Shown here: piece after piece, positions 14,267 to 24,806 of the stretch
Position numbering within the stretch: position 1 is the stretch's first letter
Layout of the letters: every line of letters begins with the position of its first letter
DNA from: Eledone cirrhosa
Lineage: Eukaryota
Direction: 5' to 3'
DNA: 64,000 bases
NCBI GenBank assembly: GCA_964016885.1
Contig: OZ024740.1
Span: 341,434,001 to 341,498,000, forward strand
The notes under the pieces: generated by a model
Database searches by the model: none
What the model was told of the DNA's origin: nothing
Seen by the model: the letters and a program-made list of their open reading frames with translations, nothing else
Translations under genes and position numbers: made by a program

Positions 14267-14867
14267 ATGGTGGCTGCCAACTCGTTTTCGAGTACGGCCA
14301 CTACTTTATATCCATGTAGGAGAACCCCTACCGATGCGCTGAACGAGTGTGACTTTTGAGTCCATCCAGCGACTTGAAAACTCTGGTACAAACACTACAC
14401 TTGTGACAATTATTGACACATAGTGCTGGGCCCATGGTACCATGTGACAAGTGCAGAGAGATCTCCAGATATAAAGCAATGCCTGTGCCATGAAGCTTTT
14501 ATAGTGAGCAAAGGCATTGCACAGAGCCAGTCCCACTCTCTTAACCAAGATGATATTTACCAAAAAGTAAAACAAGTCAACATCATTGGATACCATCAGG
14601 GTTGCAGGTGTTATATCAGAGTTTTCCTTCTCCTAGAATTCTGCCTTGACAAAGGCTAATGGGTCATCTCTCCCGGTGATTTTGGATGGCCATTGACTCT
14701 TAAGAGCTCCTTTGACAGGTTTTGTTTTTAGTCCTGCAGGATGTCCAAAGTCACCCTCCTCACCAAGAAACCTTGGTGGGGTTGCCAGTTTAGTCACCAA
14801 CGACCCGACCATGAAACAGGTTGTACTGGGATACATGTTACCAGTAGCACCAACTGGTGACCTGACA
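14267..14867 (-). mobile_element. Bipartite non-autonomous RTE-derived element (5'UTR-like part joined to a zinc-finger 3' end)
   Basis: Minus strand carries the RTE-5'UTR-like ctaggagaaggaaaactctg and ends in a CxxC...H zinc-finger remnant. Inverted second copy at 14986-15684. Confidence 0.55.
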
Positions 14868-14985
14868 TAGTATATATATAGGTATATGTGTGTATATATA
14901 TACACATATATATACACACATATACCTATATATCATCATTCATCATTTCATTTCATTTTACGTCCACTTTTCCCTGTCCACATAT

Positions 14986-15684
14986 CCGGGAGAGATGACC
15001 CCTTAGCCTTTTTCAAGGCAGAATTCTAGGAGAAGAAAAACTCTGATATAACACCTGCAACTCTGATGGTATCCAATGATGTTGACTTGTTCTTCTTTTT
15101 GGTAAATATCATCTTGGTTAAGAGAGTGGGACTGGCTTTGTGCAGTGCCTTTGCTCACTATAAAAGCTTCACGGCACAGGCATTGCTCCGCTGGATGTGT
15201 AACAGTAATATACGTGAACGGCAAAGCATAAACGAACTAAGGAAAAAATTAGAGATAAGAGGGATCAGATGTTGTTTACTCGAGAGAAGGCTACGTTGGT
15301 ATGGACACGTGATGCGCATGAAAGTCGATAGCTGTATAACAAAGTGCAGGGCAATAAAGATAGACGGTAGCCACGGAATAGGCAGACCTAGAAAAACCTG
15401 GGACGAGCTGATAAACTCCGACCTCACACACTTACACCTCTCCAAGACAATGTCACTGGACCGAGACCTTGCTTTATATCTGGAGATCTCTCTGCACTTG
15501 TCGTCACATGATACCATGGGCCCAGCACTAAGTGTCAATAATTGTCACAGGTGCAGTGTTTGTACCAGAGTTTTCAAGTCGCTGGCTGGACTAAAAAGTC
15601 ACACTCGTCCAGTGCATCGGTAGGGGTTCTCCTACATGGATATAAAGTAGTGGCCGTACTCGAAAACTAGTTGGCAGCCACCAT
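14986..15684 (+). mobile_element. Second, inverted copy of the bipartite element with an RTE fragment inserted at about 15188-15468
   Basis: Reverse complement of 14267-14675. Encodes [23 protein letters not shown]. Confidence 0.6.
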
Positions 15685-15701
15685 ATATATATATAGGTAT
15701 A

Positions 15702-15827
<126 letters not shown>

Positions 15828-15862
15828 TATATGTGTGTATATATATATACATATATATATAG

Positions 15863-15933
<71 letters not shown>

Positions 15934-15964
15934 GGTATATGTGTGTATATATATATATATATAG

Positions 15965-15999
<35 letters not shown>

Positions 16000-16005
16000 G
16001 GTATG

Positions 16006-18846
16006 TCATCATCATCATCATCATCATCACCGTTTTACGTCCGTTCTTCCACGCTAGCATGGGTTAGACGGGTTGTCCTGTTGTGGGCAGTGTCTGGTCG
16101 GCTGACCATGCCTTGCTTATACAGGAACTGATCTGGCTTGATTTCTACAGCTGGATGCCCTTCCTAACACCAACCTCATTTACAGTGAGTGCTGGGTGCT
16201 TTTTCGTGGCGCCTACACGTCCACTTTACAGTGTGGGCTGGGTGCTTTTTTGCCGTGGCACCTCCACGACCACCTTGCGGTGGGGGGGGGGGGCATATTG
16301 TTTATATGCTTCAGCATGTACCCATGGGAGGTCGGGTACCCTGTATTACTGCGTGACGCCAGAAGTCACGGTCGTGTGTCATTGACTTTGAGAGGTGTAG
16401 TTGGGTAAGGTCGGCTTTTATCACCTCATCCCAAGTCATCTTGGGTCTCCCCACTCCGCGGTTTCCATCAACTTCTAGTGCTCTGCACCTTTTTATGCAG
16501 CTGTCATCCTTCATACGCATCACATGTCCATACCAGCGTAACCGCCTCTCCTGCACGCAGCATTTGATTCCTCTTATGCTCAGTCTCTCTCTCAATTCAT
16601 TTATGCTTTGTCGTTCACGTATATTACTGTTACACATCCATCGGAGCATGCAGGCTTCGTTTCTCTCTAATCTACGTAAGTCTTCCACCTTCAGCGCCCA
16701 GGTCTCACTACCATGCAACATCGCTGTTCGGATACACGCATCATACAGTCTGCCTTTCATTCTGAGGGAGAAGCCTTTTGCAGCTAGCAGTGGTAGTAGT
16801 TCCCTAAACTTCTTCCATCCCGTTCTTACCCTAGTTATTGTACTTTCTGAGCACCCACCTCCGTTGCTAATTCGGTCACCTAGGTAGCAGAAGCTGTCTA
16901 CTGTTTCTACAGGGCCCTCCCAGAGATTGGTGGTACTTGTTTCCTGTGGCTGTTTGCTTGCTGTTTCAGCACAGCTGCTGCATGTGAATCCTACATTCTT
17001 AATTAAGCTTCCTGAGATCCCGCTACATCTCTTGTGTACCCATTGTTTGCATTTGGGGCAAAGAATGGAGTTCCTACCTACACCTTTCCTACATACTGAG
17101 CAAGGCCATTTCCCTGAGGGGATCTGGGTTCTGTTTTCTCGTCTACTTATAAGGACCTTAGTCTTTGTCATGTTGACTTTGAGGCCCTTTCTCTCTAGTC
17201 CCTGCTTCCAGGTTTGGAATTTATTCTCTAGTTCTACCATAGATTCAGCTATGAGTGCGAGGTCATCAGCATACAGGAGTTCCCATGGGCATCCGGTCTT
17301 AAACTCCTCCGTTATTGCCTGCAGGACTATGATGAACAGGAGAGGGCTAAGAACAGAGCCCTGGTGGACCCCAACCTGTACGCTAAATTCTTTGCTTCCC
17401 TTCTTGCGAAGTACACTTGTCTCCTAGCTTCCCTCCTGGCCACTTGATAGTCTTCTCTACTTCCCCCATCCCGCCATACTTTCCAAGCCTGCTTTTTGGC
17501 CTTAATTGACCCCTCCACCTTACTGTTCCACCACCATGTTACTCTCCTCCTGCCTACAGGCCTGCTCCAGCCACAGACTTCGTCTGTCGCCAACAGCAGG
17601 TTTGCTTTCAGAAATTCCCACTCTCCCTCTATATTGTCCGACTCTAAATGTTCTTCCTTACTGTCGAAAGCATCAAGTAATATGCTTTGAAATTTATTCC
17701 TGGCTGTGGGGTCCTTTAGCTTCCATATTTTTCTCCTGAGGATAGTCCTCTTCTGCTGTCGAGTACGTCTCGTCCTGACTATGAGGTCGCTAATTATCAG
17801 TCTATGTTGGGAGGTGCATTCTTCATGGGGGAGGGATTTAGTGTTTACAACAGACACTCTGTCACGTCTTCTGGTAAGGATATAATCTACCTGGCTTGTG
17901 TGTTCCCCGGATCTATAGGTGATCAGGTGATTGTCCCGTTTTTTGAAGTTAGTGTTACAGATAGTTAGGTTATTTGCATCACAGAATTCTAGGATTCTGG
18001 AGCCTTCCTCATTTCTAGTACCAAACCCATAGCCTCCATGGATTTCGTCGTAGCCGTCACAATGTTGTCCAACGTGACCATTTAGGTCGCCTGCAATAAT
18101 TATATAGTCACTGTCGGATATTTGGGAGGTAGTTAGCATCAGTGTCTCATAGAATCTGTCTTTTATAGTGCCGGGCAGTCCGGATTGGGGTGCGTACGCA
18201 GATATTACTGTCACCGTAGTTCAATTGAGGACAAGTCGTATTTTAATTATTCTGTCGTTCACTCTATTTACGTCTATTATCTTATCTGCCCACTTTTCTG
18301 CTACCATGATTCCTACTCCACCCAGCCCATCGTCGTTTCCCACCCAGAAAAGCTTATAACATCGTTTTTTACCCTCAATGAACCTAGCAGACCCACCCCT
18401 CCACCTGGTCTCTTGAATACAACAAACATCGACCTCCTTACGTTCAAGCATTTCTACAACCTCGTTAGCGCGACCCTTTAGGGTGCCTACATTTATGGTA
18501 CCAACTCTGAAGTTTGATGGGGTTATGTTAGCCGTCCGCGGTCGAAACAATGAGGAGTGCTCGCATTCTCGTCCACGAGGTGAATTTGTCTTTATCTTTA
18601 TCTTTGGCATTGTCGCTGAGCGTCCAGATTTTTCTCTCTCTCCTCCACTCTCCAGGATTCCGCAGTCCATCCATCCATCCATCATATATCGAAAGGCAAC
18701 CAAGCAAGCGATAGTATAGGCCTCTGGCTTATGATTGGTCCGCGTAATAATAATACTGGTGATGCGTGGGGGCTCTGGCTTATGATTGGTCCACGTAATA
18801 GCAATGGTGGTGCGTGGGGGCGGGAGGTAGGGGTGTTGGGTAGCTA
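16006..18846 (-). mobile_element. RTE LINE with endonuclease and 3' end, internally deleted in the RT domain
   Basis: EN motifs QETRW, SAYAPQ, GDLNGHVG, VDYIL and QHRL; RT LLYADD; C-terminal RRLRWYGHV; (ATG)n tail. Deletion junction near 17390. Confidence 0.92.
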
Positions 18847-19510
18847 GATAGAAGGTAATGATTGAATGGGGTCCTTGCATTTAACAAGCGATTAACAAAA
18901 ATACAAAATTTGTTCTGTTCAATACGACAAAAACTTTCGTATCTAACAATTAATGAATACAAAAAATGTAGATTGTTTTAGCAATAGATTGGCTATTTGG
19001 ACTTGATACGAAATATGGAGTGTGGAGGTAGAGATGAAAGAAAAATATGTACATTACGTTACATGAATATTGTGGGGGGAGACAGCAATGCAATGAAATT
19101 TGGCGAAGTGAATTTCTATCTTATATATATATATATAGAGAGAGAGAGCTAAGAGAGAAAGAGAGTGGGGGGGGGGGGGTTGGCCGCATGATGTGTGTGT
19201 ATTGGGCGGTTGACCGCCATGCCCCGCGAAGTAGAGGGAAGGGGAGGGGGTCGAGGAAGCGGGAGTTTAGAGTTTCGAAAGAAGGAAGAAGGAAAAGGAT
19301 TTTGTTTTGTTTTGAAAATACGCTAGAATTAGGAATTGAGGTTTGAAAATACGCTAGGAATTAAGGTTTGAAAATACGCTAGATTAAGAATTAAGGAATT
19401 TATAAGAAGAAGAGATAGAAGGTAATGATTGAATGGGGTCCTTGCATTTAACAAGCGATTAACAAAAATACAAAATTTGTTCTGTTCAATACGACAAAAA
19501 CTTTCGTATC

Positions 19511-19978
19511 TGCATTTCGCTCTCTGATTAGTTGCGCTATAACTTTTTCTGTGACCTTCATGACATGGTCAATTAATTTAATGCCTCTATAGTTTCCCCT
19601 ATCTAGAGCATCTCCTTTACCCTTGTTGCAGTTAATGATGATGCTGCTATGCCAGTCATTTGTTATGACCCCATTCTGTATGACTTGGTTTACTATCCGG
19701 GAGACCATAGTGTGTCCCACCGATCCAGATGCTTTCAGCATTTCAGCAACTATCACCGAAGGCCCAGCTGCTTTGCCTTACTTATTATACTTCCTTCAAC
19801 TTGCACTGCTGGTCTCTCTATTGGATCAATTTGGGGCAGTCTATATTTTTTCCCACTTATTCTCCTCATTTAGTTGCTTCTTGTAGTGACACTTCCAAGC
19901 TACCTTCTTATCAGTATCAGTGATGGCAAGTATACCATCATCATTATGGACACATTTCTCCCCGACAATATCACGGGT
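19511..19978 (-). mobile_element. RTE LINE internal fragment
   Basis: DIVGEKCV...[19 protein letters not shown]...IAQLIRE. Confidence 0.85.
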
Positions 19979-20363
19979 ATAACAAAGGGGGTGTGGTAAG
20001 ATACCAGGTGGACCATAACGCACCAGAGTACTCAATACTTAGGGTAGTAGAGTGGGTAATAGGAAAAGAGTCAGGACCCCGACGGCTGAGCTCTGGCCGT
20101 TTTGACAGCTAGATCTGAATGCAGAATGAATTTTCGAAGATGAAAAATGGATGTAAAACGATGATGATGATGCTAAAACTTAGGTAAATATATTTTTTTT
20201 AAAAACAAACTAGTCTGGGAACTTTTTGATACCACCTTATATATATATATATATACACACATATATTTTTATTAATACATACACATGAAGCCTAATGTAT
20301 GAGTATGTATATATGTGTGTGTGTATATATATATATATATCTATATATATCTATATATCGAAG

Positions 20364-20697
20364 AAACCCCCTTTGGTCACGAATGACCATGTGATTTGCA
20401 CCTAGAAATTTTCCCTCCGGGGCATAAATCCAAGCAAGGTTGTTTGAGGAAGACCAGCAGTCGCCCATGCATACCAGTCTCCCCTCTCCACGTCACTGAT
20501 GTTGTCCCAGGGAAAGGCTATGGCTGATACAGCTTGACACCAGTGATATCGCCACTCACTTCTACAGCTGAGTAAACTGGAGCAACGTGAAATAAAGTGT
20601 TTTGCTCAAGGACACAATGCATCACCCGGTCCAAGAATCAAACTCACAGCCTTTCGATTGCAAACCTAATGCTCTAACAACTAAGCCATGCGCCTTC
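20364..20697 (-). mobile_element. CORE-type tRNA SINE with an alternative 3' body
   Basis: Same head and CORE segment as 13860-13995, with a different GC-richer 3' half. Confidence 0.75.
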
Positions 20698-20885
20698 ACT
20701 ACACAGACAAACACACCACACACACACACCACACACACATACACAATGTAGTATGATTTAGGTATAAATATCCTGAGGTTAGAGCACTCAGTCCATAGGA
20801 TGGGTTAAGTATTAGTTACTACAGTGACATGTATAGGTACTTAAATTTCATTGGGTTATTCACCCCAACTCATTCAGTCTGTCAT

Positions 20886-22617
20886 ATGCGCAGAGCTCAT
20901 TGCTGAATGCTATGCAGGCATTTTCACCATTGAAGACCAGAGTGTACCATCTCCACCACCTATGACACCGGACTCTATTACAACCATGGAATTTACACCT
21001 GCAATGCTGCGACGTCACCTAAAAAATAAACGCAACCATGCCTCTCCTGGTCTTGATGGTGTTACGTACCTGCTTCTTAAACGTGGTGGGTACTTCCTTC
21101 TACACCAGTTATCACGCTTCTTCCAATTCTGTCTGAACAACAGTGCTACTCCAGAACAGTGGAAAACTGCCAGTGTAATTCCTCTGTTCAAAAAGGGTGA
21201 CCGCACATCACCTGTGAACTATCGTCCAGTCAGTCTTACTAGTTGCATCGCCAAACTGATGGAATCCTGTGTCAGAGAAACACTTTGGAACTTCTGGAGC
21301 TCTCACAGTCTTATCCGGCTCTCGCAATTTGGATTTATCCCCAACTCCAGCTGCTGTGATCAACTTATAGAGTTTCTTGAGGACATCACCCGGATCACTG
21401 ATGGCGGCTCATGGGTGGATGTTGTTTACCTTGACTTTGCGAAGGCCTTCAATTCTGTGCCGCACAAAAGGCTTATGGCAAAACTCTCTGCAATGGGTGT
21501 GAAGGATGATCTTTTTAACTGGTTGAAGTCCTTCATTCTCAGTCGAAGAGAGGTAGTCACGGTTCTGGGACAGCATTCCTCACCATATGAGATGTCATCT
21601 GGTGTACCTCAGGGATCTGTTCTTGGCCCCCTTTTGTTTGTGGCATATATTAATGACATAGATGCCAACTTAAGGAATGCCACAGTACTAAAGTACGCAG
21701 ACGACATCAAGCTGTACCTTGAGATAAAAAGGACAGATCCTGAACACTATAGATCTTGCTTGCAGTCTGACCTGGACACAATGCAACAGTGGATCTCAGA
21801 CTGGCAACTCAAGCTAGCTGTGGACAAGTGCACCACCATGCATTTTGGGAGTAAAAACCCAGCGTCCACATACTCCCTCCACAGCACTAATATCAAGAAG
21901 TCTTCCTGTGAACGTGACCTGGGCATTACGGTCAGCAGCGATTTGCGTTGGACGAGGCACGTCTCTAAAATTGTCAAGAGGGCCGAGGGTGTCTTAGCAT
22001 CACTCAGCAAGACCTTTGTCAGCCGCTCTCCAGATATCTATTTAAGACTGTATACAGCTATGGTGCGACCACACTTAGAATTTGCATCACCAGTCTGGAA
22101 CCCCTATCTTGCTCAGGACATTGACCACCTGGAAACTGTTCAGAGACGTGCAACCAAGCGAATACCCTCCATCAGGCATCTACCATACTCTGAGCGCCTT
22201 GCTTCCCTGGGCATGGATTCATTGAAGCTCCGACGCCTGGCAACTGACTTGGTAAACACCCACAAAATTGTTAACCATGTTGCCAACAACAACCCTGAGT
22301 GCCTTTTCGATTTCCATGTGTCTAACACACGTGGACATGCCCACAAAGTAAGAAAACAGCACAGTTCCCATGACTTTCGGAAACATTTTTTCACGCTCAG
22401 AGTTGCTGAAGCATGGAACAAACTACCTGCATCAGTTGTTAGCTGTCGAGACACTGCATCCTTTAAGGCCTCCATGCTTCCCGAGATCCGCCAACACTAC
22501 AGCTAACACATACAAACATGTACTTCCCTGGCATTTGTGTATTATTCTATGTACTATATTGACGAGTTGTAGTGCACCTGAGCACTTTACACAATAATTT
22601 CATTATTATTATTATTA
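20886..22617 (+). mobile_element. 5'-truncated CR1-like LINE with an uninterrupted RT ORF
   Basis: 551-aa ORF with NYRPVSLTS, YLDFAKAF, SGVPQGSVLGP, YADD, ERDLG and LETVQRRATK; (ATT)n tail. Confidence 0.92.
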
Positions 22618-22765
22618 TATTAAAAATGACAATATCCTTCATTTAAAAGAGAACACTGTGTGGTTATTTTTGAGGTTCCACATATAGTTGAATGAATTGG
22701 TGTGAATAACCCAAGAAATTCTAAGTACCTGTACATGTCACTGTTGTAACTAATTATCATTATGA

Positions 22766-22942
22766 ATTGGTAGTATCGGTAGAGGGTCGGACCTGCTTTC
22801 CAGCATAGTTACGTCCCTTTACGATCTGAGTTCAAATCCTGCCGAGGTTAACTTTGCCTTTCATCCTTACGGGGTCGTAAAATAAAGTACCAGTAATGTA
22901 CTGGGATAATTGCTGGCCTTGTGCCAAAAGTAGAAACAATTA
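22766..22942 (+). mobile_element. Second SINE family with Meta/MESC-like core (other copies: 24137-24325 -, 33005-33195 -, 41470-41650 +, 43995-44130 +, 48045-48190 +, 58200-58425 +, 63440-63600 -)
   Basis: B-box gagttcaaatcc followed by gcctttcatccttacggggtcg...aaaataaagtaccag in the copies. Confidence 0.8.
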
Positions 22943-22960
22943 TATATATATATATATATA

Positions 22961-23362
22961 AGACCCGCCTTGCCTAAATGCAAAGCAAAACCTACAGTCA
23001 GTAGGCACTTCTTACCAAAATACACCCCCGTCCGACTACGCCCACCCCATCCACACAACTCCTTTCGATGTAAAGTTATGTTGGTACCATGACATCCAGT
23101 CCTAAATAAATGAGGTTGTGTAGGTGTCACGACAAAAAAACACACAGTCCACGCTGTAATGTGGCTGTGTAGGTAACACGGTAAAAACCTCCCAGTCAAC
23201 ACTGTAAATGTGGTTGCTGTTAGGAAGAGTATCCAGCCGTAGAAAACCCGCCAGTCAGTCCTATATGAGCAAGACAACCAATCTTGCCTCAAGTAGGAAA
23301 ATTCCCGTCCAAACCCATGCTAGCGTGGAAGATGGACGTTAAACGATGATGATGATGATGAT
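22961..23362 (+). mobile_element. RTE LINE 3' end
   Basis: Same 3'UTR and (ATG)n tail as 1-404 and 61440-61845. Confidence 0.85.
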
Positions 23363-23550
23363 ATAAAGTGTGAAGAGCAAATAGACAAAAAATACCTAAT
23401 TTCGCTGACTGGTGTGTAGTTAAAGTGCACCCAAGCTGTGAGGTAGTCTGCTTGTCAAAAGACTCCCTCAGTATAAGGGCAGATTCCCTGAACTGACCAC
23501 TACCAGTTAGAATTTTCGAAAGGGAAAATTATCACATGGTTTTACGGTCA

Positions 23551-23584
<34 letters not shown>

Positions 23585-23614
23585 AAGCTTAGTAAAATCG
23601 GAACTTTGGCTGTG

Positions 23615-23715
<101 letters not shown>

Positions 23716-24530
23716 ATATATTATGTTTTTTATCTGCCAAATTTACTCGGAAGACACTGTTGCCCAAGAAGTCACATAATTGGATTGAACCCAAGACCAC
23801 AGAGACATGACATAGGTCAAGTGAACAGTTGACACATCGCTCTTCAATACTCAATAGCAGCCAAAAGATGTTTTCAGCTTCTTAATAGTGATTTGAAATA
23901 ATGATAAAAAATATATATATTCCTATAGAATAAGGGTCCTTTAATTCTTCATGATCTAGGAGAAAATATTGAAAAAACAGTTTTGTTAATTCAAATGTTT
24001 ATAGTATATTTACTAGTAGGGTGATTATTGTAAAGATTTGCTGTATTAAAGTATTATTATTGTAGTCAGTGCTGTTTTGTACTTTTCAAGAATGTCTTGC
24101 TAATGCAGTTTCCTTTGGCACAGGAAATAATGAAATAATTGTTTCTACTTTTGGCACAAGGCTAGCAATTACCCAGTACATTACTGGTACTTTATTTTAT
24201 CAACCCCATAAGGATGAAAGGCAAAGTTAACCTCAACGGGATTTGAACTCAGACCATAAAGGGACGTAACTATGCTAGAAAGCATGGCGCCCAACCCTCT
24301 ACCGATGCTGCCAATTCACCGCCCTAATGAAATAATACAGAGAGATCCTGATTTTATAAAATATACAAACATTTAGAAATATTTTAATTTTTAGTTTTTA
24401 CTAATGTTTTAAAATTATTTTCTTGAAATGAATCATTTGATGTATTTTGATAAATATTTGAATGTCTTGAATGTTTCTGCTAATTTCTTTTCTTTTACTT
24501 CTCTATTCATTTATCTCTTTCTATTTTTAG

Positions 24531-24806
24531 ATTTTCTTGGAGAAAAAAATTGCCCAAGAGCGATACAGAAGCTCTCTGCATATGGTTGAAGCCTGTAGTG
24601 CTTCTGATTATGAACCTCCCTCAGAAATAGAATCTACATCACCATCTACGATATTGAGTCAACCAGTTGTTGTTAATTCAGAAGGTGATATGAGTCCCGA
24701 AAACTTTAGCAAAGATGATAAGAATAAAGTATCTTCTGAAGATCAGAATAATATTGATGAGAAGACGAATCGAGATGAGCTGATAAAAATTGTTGAACAA
24801 CTGCGG
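24531..24806 (+). CDS. RNF31: HOIP-like exon (first visible; acidic/Ser-rich linker)
   Basis: Long pyrimidine tract, ttttag|ATT...CGG|gtaag; 92 codons, phase 0/0. Little sequence conservation recognisable. Confidence 0.7.

Noticed and set aside
14780-14867. Possible HDV-like ribozyme at the 5' end of the bipartite element (ccagt...catggtc-gg...CTAA-actgg on the minus strand)
   Set aside because: P1 and P3/L3 could not be formed with canonical lengths; a family consensus would be needed.
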